Shown here piece by piece: positions 9,703-20,186 of a stretch of 64,000 nt of DNA. The stretch's first letter is position 1; the number at the start of each line of letters is the position of its first letter. The position numbers were made by a program, and so were the translations under genes. This DNA comes from Candidatus Zhuqueibacterota bacterium (lineage in GTDB: Bacteria > Zhuqueibacterota > Zhuqueibacteria > Thermofontimicrobiales > Thermofontimicrobiaceae), in assembly GCA_049322915.1 (NCBI GenBank), contig JBMOPW010000003.1, forward strand, positions 1 through 64,000, in the 5' to 3' direction. The notes beneath the pieces are model-generated. The model made no database searches. It was not told where the DNA came from and worked only from the letters and a program-made list of their open reading frames with translations.

Positions 9703-9789
9703 TGTAACGTACTCCTTTGGTTAAGGGTTTGATTGAATTTTGCTAACTGTATTATATTTTTTGGCATATAGAATCCAAAACCTGTCCTT

Positions 9790-11535
9790 TCATTTCACCA
9801 TTATCATTTTCTTCATTTCAAAATGGTCCCCTGCTTTTATTGTGAACAGGTAAACCCCGCTGCTCACGCGTTGTCCTGATTCGTCCTTTCCATCCCAGGT
9901 GACTGAATGGAATCCCTGCTGCTGGCGTTCCGACACCAGGGTCGCCACTTTTTTCCCGAGAAGATCGAACACAGCCACTTCGACTTTGCCGTCCCCAGGT
10001 ATGGAATATCGAATTTCTGTGCTGGGATTGAACGGGTTGGGATAATTCTGATGCACGACAAAATCTTTCGGCTGAATTGCCTTCCGCTCCAATGGCACCG
10101 CGCTGAACAAGCCGCTGTAGCACACTACCGTTGTATCCGGTTTAATCGTTTTGACAAAAACAGAATCGGAAACAAACTTTGGAGTTCTGTAAGGGCCAAA
10201 CGCCTTCAGGCTAAAAAGCAGGCTGGCTGCGTTGAATGGAATATTTTCGTAGCAGCAATAATCTAATTCATTGAAAGAAGCGAGCAAAATATCCTTGCCT
10301 CCGAAGCCGGCGCTCTCTGTCGTACCGATTGCGATATAACCGTCCGGATAGCCGGGAATTTGGCTGCGGACAACATCATTGGCCATATCAGTTTCTACCA
10401 TATCCAGGATGGGATGCAAGCGCCGGGCACTGATATAGTTACCTGTTGAATCGAACTTCACCAGAAGCATGTCCTGTTTGGGCGGATTGACGGACATGGT
10501 TTCGGTTAGCCCGGCAACGATCAATTCATCATTTTCATTGCGGATGATTGAATGTCCCTCATCGATTTCGGTGGAATCGAATACGACCGGCGAGGTCAAA
10601 ATTGTATTCCAGTTGAATGACATAAGCGATCGTCTAACAGAGAGCACCAACAGGTCAATTTTGGATGAAAGGCTGAGGCTCCTCGTACCGCCGGTGATTA
10701 CATAGGAATCCTGGTTGGGCGCATCAACAATATCGTATCCAATATCAGCCTGCAAAGGTGCGCCGGACGCATCGACAGCGCCAATTTCCCGCGTGGCCTG
10801 GATAATGCCGTTTCCGTTTATTTTGATGAGGAGAATATTTCGTGATTTCAAATTTCCGGTCGTGCCCAAAACGACATAATTTCGTTCGGAATCTTTGACA
10901 ATCGAATAGCCGACGTCCATTGTATCCGGCTTGCCTATGATGTAACCCCATTTAACGCTACCAACAGTATCGATGGCAGCGACGAGCAAATCGCAGGCCT
11001 CGTCCTGGGCTTTTGTGGTTCCGACTAAAATGTAATCGTGAAAATGGCCTTCAATAACCCGCATCACATGATCGTTTTTATGGGCGCCATCAATGTCAAA
11101 ACGTCGGGCAAATTTTAACTGACCCTTTTTATCTATTCGGGCGAAAAGGGCGTCCGTATCCAGAGCATTGGGATCCGGATTTACGGTCGATCCGCAGACA
11201 ATGTAATTTTTATGTGAATCCTGTTTAATGTCATACGCGTGGTCGTCTTTCGTACTTCCAATGACCTGCGCCCATCGGAAATAAAGATAAGGATATACAC
11301 AATCCACGATATAATGAGCGATAAAGGCGTCTGTTCCGCCCAGGCCTTCGCTATCCGTCGAGCCGATTACGGTCAGTGTGCTGTCGTTATTGTCCAGATA
11401 ACTTGCAAACCCGGTTTCCTGGCCGGCGCCGCCGATAGTGTAAACATATTCCTGGGAAATAGCCAATGTAGCGCTCAGGAAAAGGCACAAAGGAATCAGG
11501 GCGAATATGGTTTTTAAATGGATCATTCTTTTCAT
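9790..11535 (-). CDS. T9SS-secreted beta-propeller protein
   Basis: Repeated G.T.S.G.G..D.LL.K.D..G blades; QNYPNPFNP CTD. Confidence 0.8.
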   Translation of the reverse strand: MKRMIHLKTIFALIPLCLFLSATLAISQEYVYTIGGAGQETGFASYLDNNDSTLTVIGSTDSEGLGGTDAFIAHYIVDCVYPYLYFRWAQVIGSTKDDHAYDIKQDSHKNYIVCGSTVNPDPNALDTDALFARIDKKGQLKFARRFDIDGAHKNDHVMRVIEGHFHDYILVGTTKAQDEACDLLVAAIDTVGSVKWGYIIGKPDTMDVGYSIVKDSERNYVVLGTTGNLKSRNILLIKINGNGIIQATREIGAVDASGAPLQADIGYDIVDAPNQDSYVITGGTRSLSLSSKIDLLVLSVRRSLMSFNWNTILTSPVVFDSTEIDEGHSIIRNENDELIVAGLTETMSVNPPKQDMLLVKFDSTGNYISARRLHPILDMVETDMANDVVRSQIPGYPDGYIAIGTTESAGFGGKDILLASFNELDYCCYENIPFNAASLLFSLKAFGPYRTPKFVSDSVFVKTIKPDTTVVCYSGLFSAVPLERKAIQPKDFVVHQNYPNPFNPSTEIRYSIPGDGKVEVAVFDLLGKKVATLVSERQQQGFHSVTWDGKDESGQRVSSGVYLFTIKAGDHFEMKKMIMVK

Positions 11536-11696
11536 GGTAAGCCTCCGCTTCAGTAATGAGATTAATAGTGAAACTCGATTTGAATTTCATGTAAATTTTT
11601 TCTGATGTTTTTTTCCAAGTCCTTCCAGCAATTTAACCAACGATGATAGATAAAATTTAATAATTCCATTCCCTGTTTCAGATTACAAAGTATAAT

Positions 11697-12521
11697 TCAA
11701 CGAGCGCAACGGAATCCAATAACCAGATGACTATTCTTGGGAATTTCACCACTGCGATCCGCGCAACGTAGGTTCCCAGAGGCACTAATCCAGCAGCCGC
11801 CACGCATTACACGATAATCGCCTCTTTCCGGTCCGACAGGATTTTCATAAGGGCTGATCGTGTAATAGCCCGCGTCGTACCAGTCTGCACACCACTCATA
11901 AACATTGCCGCCCATATCATAGAGACCGTAGCCGTTCGCCGTGTATTTGCCCACCGGGGTGCTATCGCCAACATTATTATTATAATTTGCCATTGTGTTG
12001 TTGATTGAATCGCCCCAGGGATATTCCTGTCTTTCTAAACCGCCGCGGGCGGCATATTCCCACTCGGCCTCGGTGGGCAATCGTTTACCGGCCCATTCAG
12101 CATACACTGCTGCGCCATACCATGTTATCAAACCCACCGGGTGATTTTCATAACCGGTCTCGGGGACATATTTGCCATCTAGCTTCCTGATTCGGCAATT
12201 ATTATCTGTAATATTGAGCCATGTTGCACCACCTTCAGATTGATTTCCCTTTTCATTCAGAAACTGACAATACTGTGTACTGGTCACCTCGTATTTATCC
12301 ATGTAGAAGTCATCGAGGTATACTTTATGAACCGGTTCTTCATCGCTTCCACCATTAGTACTTCCCATCATGAATTCCTTCCCGGCTTTGACAAGCACCA
12401 TGGAATCAACTTCTTCGTCCGGTTTTGTCGGTGAATCGTCCGAGCCGCATGAGAAGAATAGCAAAATAATCAGAATTGCCATAAGCGTTACAACGGAATT
12501 GTGTTTTTTGAATAGTAACAT
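11697..12521 (-). CDS. FGE-sulfatase (SUMF1-like) domain lipoprotein
   Basis: Lipobox FFSC; FMMGS, RLPTEAEWEYAARGG, GLYDMGGNVYEW, GFRC. Confidence 0.9.
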   Translation of the reverse strand: MLLFKKHNSVVTLMAILIILLFFSCGSDDSPTKPDEEVDSMVLVKAGKEFMMGSTNGGSDEEPVHKVYLDDFYMDKYEVTSTQYCQFLNEKGNQSEGGATWLNITDNNCRIRKLDGKYVPETGYENHPVGLITWYGAAVYAEWAGKRLPTEAEWEYAARGGLERQEYPWGDSINNTMANYNNNVGDSTPVGKYTANGYGLYDMGGNVYEWCADWYDAGYYTISPYENPVGPERGDYRVMRGGCWISASGNLRCADRSGEIPKNSHLVIGFRCAR

Positions 12522-12647
12522 TCTTGCTCCTCCTTATTAAAAAATAGCCTTGGAATTAATGAAATTTTATTTCCCGAATCTTGTAATAAAATTACGTGGA
12601 TTAAGTTTTATCCAATTTAAAAAGATTCCGGAAAATGTCTATCTCAT

Positions 12648-12676
12648 TTGTCGCAACATATAACAATCTTGTCGCA
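12648..12676 (-). promoter_or_regulatory. Putative AraC/HTCS operator: direct repeat TGCGACAA-N13-TGCGACAA
   Basis: TTGTCGCA at 12648-12655 and 12669-12676 (21-bp period), between the HTCS gene and the downstream genes. Confidence 0.6.
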
Positions 12677-12743
12677 TGTGGAGGAAACTGGGAGAACTAT
12701 GAGGGTTGAAAAGGGATTTAATGGTGAACTACTGTGGAAAGAG

Positions 12744-15700
12744 TTACTTCTTTGAAGAGTTTTTATACTCCGACGGCAACACGCCAAACTGTTCCCGAAA
12801 TCGATTGCTAAAATAGGAGATATTGCTGAACCCAACTTCATAAGCGATTTCAGTGATATTGCCTGATTTTTGCTCTATCAGTCGCGCCGCCCGCCTCAAC
12901 CGCATGAGACGGATGAACTGATTAGGGGCCTGATCTGTGAGTGCCACCAGCTTGCGATGAAGCTGGCTTCGGCTTAATCCAATTTTTTTGGCGAGCATGG
13001 GTGTATCGAATGAGGAGTTCGAGAGGTGATTTTCAACAATTTCCATTAATTTCGTGAGCCATTTCTCATCGGCTGAAGTGACCGTAATATCCTTTGGTTT
13101 CAAGGTCAGTTCACGGGAAAATCGCTCACGAAGTTTTTTTCTTTGGTCGATTAAATTTTTCATTCGCACTAACAGTTCCGCGGCATTGAACGGTTTAACG
13201 AGATAATCATCCGCGCCTTTATCAAGCCCGTCCAGTTTGTTTTCCATGGCTGCTTTTGCAGTGAGCAGAATCAACGGGATGTGGCTGGTTCGTTCGTCGC
13301 GCCTGATTTTTTCGCAGAATTCGAATCCGTCCATGTTAGGCATCATCACATCGCTGACAATCAAATCGGGAATTGATTGAATGGCTTTGTTCAAACCGAT
13401 TTCCCCGTCTTCGGCTTCGAGGATGCGGTATTGATTATCGAGATAGCTTCGGATGTACCAGATAACATCGCGGTTGTCTTCCACAATCAGAACGAGCGGC
13501 AACTCGCTGGATTTTTTAGCAGGAATTTTCTGATGCATTTCGGGCGAATCCGGTATTTGCGTCACTTCCATATTTTCTTCGAAGGCGTGAGTAGCAGCAG
13601 GCAAAACATCCTGTCCCTTTGATAATTCCTTCGTGAACGGCAACAGGACGGAAAATGTGGACCCCTTGCCCGGCTCGCTTTTCACTTCAATGACGCCGCT
13701 GTGTAATTCAACAAGTTCTTTAGTGAGGGCTAGGCCAATTCCAGTCCCTTCGAATTTTCTGTTGGATGAATTATCCGCCTGATAAAATCGATCGAAAATT
13801 TTTCCCAACTGGTCCGGGGCAATGCCGATGCCGGTGTCGGCGACATCAATCTTCAGGCAGTTGTTATTTTGAACCAGTTTCGGTTTTGTGGTTTTAAATT
13901 TTGAAGACATCTCCTCATTCAATTCCGTGACAGAAATATGCACAGAAATGGCTCCATTTTTTTCGGTGAATTTGAACGCGTTCGAAAGAAGGTTCGACAT
14001 AATTTTTTCGAGTTTATCTTTGTCAAAATTGAATTCAATGTCTTCAAGCTGGCAATTGAATTGCAAACTTATCTTTTTTCGCTCCGCCAGCGACATAAAC
14101 GAAAAAACAATTCCCCGCAGAAAATTCACCACATTGCCCTGTTTAATTTGAAGGGACATTTCCTCGGCTTCCAGCTTCGAAAGATCCAGCAATTGATTGA
14201 TGAGTTGCAGGAGCCGTTTGCCGTTCCGTTTCATCATCAAATAAATTTCCCTCGGATCACCGTCGAATTCTTTATTGATGAGTTGATTGAGCGGACCCAG
14301 AATAAGGGTGAGCGGCGTTCTAAATTCATGAGAAATATTGGCGAAGAAATTATTCTTCATCCGATCCATTTCCAGCAATTGCTGCGCTTCGAAACGCTTC
14401 ATCTGCAATTCATTCCTGAGGCTTATTCTTCTGACTTGAAATTTGTAAACTCCGAAAATCAGGAGAGCAATTCCAATCGCAAATAATGAGTATGCCCAAA
14501 TCGTTCTGTACCAGGGCGGTATGATTCTAATTCGAATTTGGGTTTCTTCAACAAGGCTCACATCTTTTGCGTCGAACGCTTTGACACGAAAACTATAGTC
14601 CCCGGGAGAAAGGTGCGTGAAATGAGCCTGCCGGTAATTGCCGGTGAAAATCCAATCGTCGTGGAAGCCTTCCATTTTATACGCATACTGAATATCTGCA
14701 TGTCGGGGAAAATCCAGCGCCATAAAATCGAATGAAAATATTTTCTGATCACTGTTCAATATCAGTAATTTTTTCTCGAAGATAATTGTATCCAACATGG
14801 CCGGTACACCAAACAAATTGAATTGATTGAAAACAACCCGGGATTTCTTACCACCTCCAAACCCACTGTCAGGGTGAAACGACACAAAGCCCCTGTCTCC
14901 GCCGAAATATATTGTTCCGTTCCGACTTTTAAAACATGCATTGCTGTTGAAATTCAAAGCAAGCGAGTGATCTTGATTGAGGTACAATTCGTGATCCTTT
15001 GTAATGTAATTGTACCTCATAATTCTATCCGCGCCGGTTAGCCACAAAAAGGTTGGATAACTCTCTGCAATATTTCGGATAAAATCATGCTTCAATTCCC
15101 TGTATTTGATGACCATTCCCACGTACGGCTCCCTTTCATTCAATCCGCCGCCCAGGGTGCCCATCCATAAATGATCGCGCCCATCCAGAAGCAAAACAGT
15201 GATTGAATCGCATTCCAGGCTCAGGTGGTTTGCGCTATCGTGCTTGTAGTGGACAATTTCGGGAACGCGGCGTGGTTCATTCCCGTACACAGGTTTCGCG
15301 GATAATTCATTCAATCCCGCATCGAGAGTGCCTATCCAGATTCTGTCGTAGGTTCCTTCAACGATGGATGTTATTTTGTTACTGCTCAGGCCATCCCCTT
15401 TTCCGGGATGAGCCGAAGTGTGAGCGATAAATTTTCCGGATTTATCAAAAATTTTTACCCCCTTTTCTTTCAGGACTATCCAAAAATAGTTTTTCGAATC
15501 TCTGAAAATGTGGGTGATGGTATCGAATTCTGAAATTTCCGGGGAGAATTTCGTTCGATATTTTTGCCCGAATTTTCTATGAAAACAATCGAATTCATAG
15601 ATGCCATTTCCTTCGGTTCCCAATAACAAAGAATGACCATCCAATAAAAACATGGCAGTGAGTTTGTTAGACGCCGAACGCCCCGCATCATTCAGATATT

Positions 15701-17171
15701 GAATGTATGCATTCTTCGCCTCATCAAACAGGAAAAGGCCGTGATCGCGGGTAGCAATCCAGATATTGCCCCAATTGTCCTCTGAAAGGCTTTGCACATT
15801 GGCGTCAATTTCTTCCGTATTATTCTTAGACTTAATTTTGTGAAATTGGAATAACGCGGCCGGGACACCTTGTTTTTCACCTGGGTTATCCGGGATCATT
15901 TTCACTTTATCTTCAATTAAGTCTGAAATATTTTTTCCAGCGCGTACCAAGCTGTTTGTTGAAGGGACAGACAGGTTGTAAATATAGGCCGATCCAGCAT
16001 TTTTCGAGACGTCGTCATCGCCGTTGGCGCCGACGAGCATATAATTTCCATAAACAGAAATGTTGGCACCGAAATAATCCAATTTTTGGCCGTCGTAAGG
16101 TATTATTTTTGTGCGTTCCAGCCAGTGGTTTCCCTCATGTTCGAAAATATAAACAGATCCGCATTCTTTTTCATTGTCGTCCAGACCCACACCAATGATG
16201 GCGTTGTTTTCCATGAGCTCAACCTTAAGTCCGAATCGATCGCCTGCATTGCCGTCTTTGGCAACGATTTTAGCCTCCTGCTTCCACTTCTTTCCGGCTT
16301 TCCGGAAAATATAGGCCGCGCCAGACCTGTCGCCATTGTCATCATCAGAGTTAGCGCCGACCAGCAAACAATTCCCCCGAAGCGACACATCAGAGCCAAA
16401 AGAATCGAAAATTTCAATGTCATGCGAGTAAATTTTCTGCTGTTCAATCCATTGCGATCCTTCTCTTTTATACATATATACTGCGCCGGGAATTCTTTCT
16501 TTATCAAATCCCTTGGGAGCGCCGACAGCTAATTGGTCGCCATCCAAATCCAGACCCCAGCCAAAATGAAATTTAGCGAGCTTGTCATGCGGGATTAATT
16601 TGGCATGTTGCAGCCAGCCGGTTTGTTCCCGTTTGAAAATATACACCGCGCCTGTTAGTTTTCGAGTTTCATTGTCGTACACGGCGCCAATAGCGATATA
16701 CTCACCTTCGATATCAACGGACATACCAAACATGGCTCCGGGATGACCATCTATAGGCGCGATTTTTTGTCGCTCGATCCACTGTTCTCCGACTCTCTCA
16801 AAAATGTAAGCCGCCCCGGCATATTTACCATTCTCATTGTCTCCTTCAGCCGTGACAACAATAAAATCGCCATCGATGGCAACCCGGCCAAAGCATTGCT
16901 GCTCCCGTTTATCATGCGGTTGAAGGCGCGTCTGCTGAACCCACGAATCACCCTGTTTTTTGAAAACATAGGCCACGCCCTCGGAATTGTTGGGCACGCG
17001 GGAACCAATCACCGCATAATCGCCGCAAATGTCTACATAGGTCCCGAAGTAGTCGCCGGGTTTTCCATCCAAGGCTGTTATTTTAGTGGCAATTTGTGAA
17101 AAAGCAGGTTTGATGAATAGTGCGAAGGAGATAATGAGAAGAATTTCCCGAATATTCTGAATTGTACCCAT
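12744..17171 (-). CDS. Hybrid two-component sensor/regulator: FG-GAP propeller, Reg_prop propeller, Y_Y_Y, TM, HisKA, HATPase, REC, AraC HTH
   Basis: About 7 'FG..V.I.GD...VGA...G.AYIF' repeats; ANISHEFRTPLT; NAFKFT; DTGIGI; DVMMP; IAYEVGF..ISYFS..F. Confidence 0.92.
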   Translation of the reverse strand: MGTIQNIREILLIISFALFIKPAFSQIATKITALDGKPGDYFGTYVDICGDYAVIGSRVPNNSEGVAYVFKKQGDSWVQQTRLQPHDKREQQCFGRVAIDGDFIVVTAEGDNENGKYAGAAYIFERVGEQWIERQKIAPIDGHPGAMFGMSVDIEGEYIAIGAVYDNETRKLTGAVYIFKREQTGWLQHAKLIPHDKLAKFHFGWGLDLDGDQLAVGAPKGFDKERIPGAVYMYKREGSQWIEQQKIYSHDIEIFDSFGSDVSLRGNCLLVGANSDDDNGDRSGAAYIFRKAGKKWKQEAKIVAKDGNAGDRFGLKVELMENNAIIGVGLDDNEKECGSVYIFEHEGNHWLERTKIIPYDGQKLDYFGANISVYGNYMLVGANGDDDVSKNAGSAYIYNLSVPSTNSLVRAGKNISDLIEDKVKMIPDNPGEKQGVPAALFQFHKIKSKNNTEEIDANVQSLSEDNWGNIWIATRDHGLFLFDEAKNAYIQYLNDAGRSASNKLTAMFLLDGHSLLLGTEGNGIYEFDCFHRKFGQKYRTKFSPEISEFDTITHIFRDSKNYFWIVLKEKGVKIFDKSGKFIAHTSAHPGKGDGLSSNKITSIVEGTYDRIWIGTLDAGLNELSAKPVYGNEPRRVPEIVHYKHDSANHLSLECDSITVLLLDGRDHLWMGTLGGGLNEREPYVGMVIKYRELKHDFIRNIAESYPTFLWLTGADRIMRYNYITKDHELYLNQDHSLALNFNSNACFKSRNGTIYFGGDRGFVSFHPDSGFGGGKKSRVVFNQFNLFGVPAMLDTIIFEKKLLILNSDQKIFSFDFMALDFPRHADIQYAYKMEGFHDDWIFTGNYRQAHFTHLSPGDYSFRVKAFDAKDVSLVEETQIRIRIIPPWYRTIWAYSLFAIGIALLIFGVYKFQVRRISLRNELQMKRFEAQQLLEMDRMKNNFFANISHEFRTPLTLILGPLNQLINKEFDGDPREIYLMMKRNGKRLLQLINQLLDLSKLEAEEMSLQIKQGNVVNFLRGIVFSFMSLAERKKISLQFNCQLEDIEFNFDKDKLEKIMSNLLSNAFKFTEKNGAISVHISVTELNEEMSSKFKTTKPKLVQNNNCLKIDVADTGIGIAPDQLGKIFDRFYQADNSSNRKFEGTGIGLALTKELVELHSGVIEVKSEPGKGSTFSVLLPFTKELSKGQDVLPAATHAFEENMEVTQIPDSPEMHQKIPAKKSSELPLVLIVEDNRDVIWYIRSYLDNQYRILEAEDGEIGLNKAIQSIPDLIVSDVMMPNMDGFEFCEKIRRDERTSHIPLILLTAKAAMENKLDGLDKGADDYLVKPFNAAELLVRMKNLIDQRKKLRERFSRELTLKPKDITVTSADEKWLTKLMEIVENHLSNSSFDTPMLAKKIGLSRSQLHRKLVALTDQAPNQFIRLMRLRRAARLIEQKSGNITEIAYEVGFSNISYFSNRFREQFGVLPSEYKNSSKK

Positions 17172-17370
17172 AACGAAAACCAGTTCAGTTTGAGGCCAAT
17201 GTCCAATATACTTCGAGCAGGGAGTGCCAGTAGGAAGAATCGTTCGTAAATAGTCCTCCCGAAAGAGGGGCTAATCCTATGCCTAAAATCTTTCGGGAGG
17301 AAATAATGTTAATATTCAAGAAAAATAGTGTGTGTCAAAAGACAGTATTTCGAAAACTGCCAGTAACTTA

Positions 17371-19548
17371 TTATTTCAGGAATAACATTTTTTTCATTTG
17401 ATAAAAATCACCAGCTTTGAGGGTGAACAAGTAAACGCCGCTGGTAACTTTTTCATTGGAAGCGTTTCTGCCATCCCAGGTTACTGCATAACGGCCGGGC
17501 TGCTGAAATTCCGAGACTAGGGTCGTCACTTTTTCACCCAACAAATTGAAAATAGCAATTTCGGAATGACACGCTTTGGAAAGGGAATAACGAATCTCTG
17601 TCCTCGGATTGAACGGATTGGGATAATTCTGATTGAGTTCAAAACCCTCGATGGTTGTTTCAGAATTTGTGTATACGACGGCGCTCGGTATTTTAGGCCC
17701 GAAGCGGATGATGATGCCGCCGTAACCGCAGACGAAAACTTTATCATCGTCGGTGACAGCGATGGATTTCATATCTTTGTCAGTAAGTCCGGTAGCAACC
17801 GGCGCCCACATGACGCCAGCGTCCGTTGTCTCGAAAATGGAACCATCTTCGCCGGCAATCCAGCCTGTTGTCTCGCTTATGAAACCAACGCCGCTCAAAT
17901 CAAGACTGGTCGGACTGTTCTTTTTCGCCCAGGTTGCGCCGGTATCGCCGGAGAAGAGAATCGCGCCATCATTGCCAACGGCCCAGCCGTGAGTCGCATC
18001 CAGGAAAAAGAGGTCCGAAATTTTTGTTTCGCCTGGCAGATCGTGCGCAGCTGTTTTCCAATTCAATCCACCGTCCGTGGTGTACAGAAATGAGCTTCTG
18101 TCCCCGGCAATGACCAGTTTATTCTGGTCAATCCCATCGATGTCGTACAGGGTTTGCGTTGAAATTCCGGTCCCCTGAATTGTCCAGTCCGTGCCGCCAT
18201 TTTCAGATTTCAGAATGGTGCCGGACGCGCCGACAATCCAGACCTGATTTTCATCAAATGCATAAACCGCCCGCAGCCATTGCGTCGTGACACCAGCGCC
18301 GGGCAGAAACCAATTCAATCCGCCGTCTGTTGTTTTGGCAATGAAACCACCGGACCCGGCAACCCAGCCGACATTGGAATTCGCATAATCGATGCCCCAG
18401 AGCTGGAGGGAAATGGTATTGTCGGCCACAACGAAATCGGATGCCCAGTTCGCGCCACCGTCTGTGGTCAGGGTCATTGAACTGGCGTATCCAATGCTCA
18501 TGATGCGATCGTTGTCAATGGCGCCGATTTTGTACTGGTATTGGGCGTTGACCTGGCTCAGCGACTGCCAGGTTGCGCCGAAATCTTCTGAACCGTACAT
18601 GGTTCCGGCGCCTCCCATAATCCAGATCCGGTCGCCAACAATTCGCGCCGCTTCATTGGAATTGCCACTGATCCGGGTCAGAGGCGTCCATTCATTGCCG
18701 TCGGTCGTTGTGAACACCCAGCCTTTATGCCCGACAGCCACACCTTTGGTCGGAGAGGTGAAATCAATAGCCCACATATTTTCCATAATCCGGTCGCTAT
18801 TCTCCCAGAGCGTCCAGGTATTGCCGCCATCGGTTGATTTGGCGAAGACAGATTTCAACGCCAGCACCTCAAAACCGTCGCCGACCGCCCACGCGGTGTT
18901 CTGATCGGCCATGGCAACCGCGTTAAAATCTTTGCCGCCGATATTCGGGATGGTCGAAGCTGTCTGCCAGGTCGTTCCATTGGTCGTGTAATAAATCGTC
19001 TGGGCTTCGCCCACGGCAATGCCATGGGTGGCATCGAACATATCAATACCGTAAAAATCACCGGTGGCGCCGGTGGCAATGACTGACCAGTCCACGCCAT
19101 TGATTGTATAAAGCAAGGTTCCGCTGCCGGCAGCGGCATAGGCGACCGTAGCGCTGACAGCACAAACGCCTTTCACGGTGGCCGTGGTCAGTCCCGCGCC
19201 CTGGATTTCCCAGTTCTCACCGCCATCGGATGTGTGAATGATGGTTCCATTGACGCCAACGACCCATCCATTCAATGCATCGAAGAAAGAGACGTCGGAA
19301 AAGGTCGCCGGCGTTACGTTCGTATCGCTCTGGTCGACCCAGTCGGCCCAGCCATTGGTCGTGTGAAGTATCATTCCATAGCCGCCACTGCTACCAATGG
19401 CCCAGCCGGTTTGACCGTCCGGCAACATGCTCAGGCCGTTAATTTCGCCGTCAATATCCGGTTTCGCGGCAAGCGACCATTCCCAGTCTTGTGCAGAAGA
19501 GATGGTCACCAACGCTAACACAAAAAATATGGTTATGATGTATCGCAT
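17371..19548 (-). CDS. YCF48/BNR-repeat beta-propeller protein with T9SS CTD
   Basis: Many 'F.D...GW.VG..G.I..T.DGG..W' repeats; CTD. Confidence 0.88.
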   Translation of the reverse strand: MRYIITIFFVLALVTISSAQDWEWSLAAKPDIDGEINGLSMLPDGQTGWAIGSSGGYGMILHTTNGWADWVDQSDTNVTPATFSDVSFFDALNGWVVGVNGTIIHTSDGGENWEIQGAGLTTATVKGVCAVSATVAYAAAGSGTLLYTINGVDWSVIATGATGDFYGIDMFDATHGIAVGEAQTIYYTTNGTTWQTASTIPNIGGKDFNAVAMADQNTAWAVGDGFEVLALKSVFAKSTDGGNTWTLWENSDRIMENMWAIDFTSPTKGVAVGHKGWVFTTTDGNEWTPLTRISGNSNEAARIVGDRIWIMGGAGTMYGSEDFGATWQSLSQVNAQYQYKIGAIDNDRIMSIGYASSMTLTTDGGANWASDFVVADNTISLQLWGIDYANSNVGWVAGSGGFIAKTTDGGLNWFLPGAGVTTQWLRAVYAFDENQVWIVGASGTILKSENGGTDWTIQGTGISTQTLYDIDGIDQNKLVIAGDRSSFLYTTDGGLNWKTAAHDLPGETKISDLFFLDATHGWAVGNDGAILFSGDTGATWAKKNSPTSLDLSGVGFISETTGWIAGEDGSIFETTDAGVMWAPVATGLTDKDMKSIAVTDDDKVFVCGYGGIIIRFGPKIPSAVVYTNSETTIEGFELNQNYPNPFNPRTEIRYSLSKACHSEIAIFNLLGEKVTTLVSEFQQPGRYAVTWDGRNASNEKVTSGVYLFTLKAGDFYQMKKMLFLK

Positions 19549-19732
19549 GGGTACTCCTCAAATTTCAGATGGAAGTCAAAAACGTTGTTCGAACTGCGCG
19601 GGTTCCGGCATGTTTCACTCATTTCACTTGATGTTAGCTCGCTGGATAAGTTGGATTGAACAGATTGGCGCAATCAAGGAATGGAGGCCATGTTTGACCC
19701 GCATGGCAGTTTTTTTATCCCAAATAATGCAA

Positions 19733-20053
19733 TAGCCACAAGGACACGAAGTCACAAAGAAAAGATTAATAAAAATTTAAAATAGTGTATAGCCTGCATT
19801 ATTCATAGTATTTTTAAAGGAGGCTGGCTAACCTGAATGGTGCTCTTTTTAGAATAAACGTACAAAAACTGAGTTTCAAAATAGCTTAGCTTTTAGCTAA
19901 TTGAAAATCTGAATGTCGACTCAAATTCTGAGCAAGTTCATGAATAATTCAGGATAGATGAATTGCTTGTTTCATTTTTTTTATGAAAAAATAATAAAAC
20001 AGCATTCCCATTTTTTCTTTGAGTCTCTTAATGTCTTGGTGCCTTAGTGACTA
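19733..20053. repeat. Degenerate inverted-repeat element (CCAC..AG.CAC.AAG type) hosting MITE-A
   Basis: tagccacaaaggacacgaagtcacaaagaaaa pairs imperfectly with ttttctttgag...gtcttggtgccttagtgacta. Confidence 0.45.
19793..19953. mobile_element. MITE-A copy 1 (161 bp, IS1380-like ends)
   Basis: TIRs CCTGCATTATTCAT / ATGAATAATTCAGG; 4-bp TSD ATAG on both sides; near-identical copy at 25050-25210. Confidence 0.85.
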
Positions 20054-20139
20054 TAATTTTTTTTCAAATGCATTATCCGGTTTTATTGCCTGATTGAAAA
20101 AGGCGCTCTGAACCGGCAGAGGCCCGCCTGAGCGCCTGA

Positions 20140-20174
20140 AAAAATTAAGGGAGGCGCTTGATGGCAGCCTCCCT
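20140..20174 (-). terminator. Probable intrinsic terminator
   Basis: AGGGAGGC...GCCTCCCT stem followed by TAATTTTTT on the minus strand. Confidence 0.55.
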
Positions 20175-20186
20175 GAGAACTTGAAA

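Noticed and set aside
17213..17230. sigma54 site upstream of the HTCS
   Set aside because: GG-to-GC spacing is 8 nt rather than the required 10.
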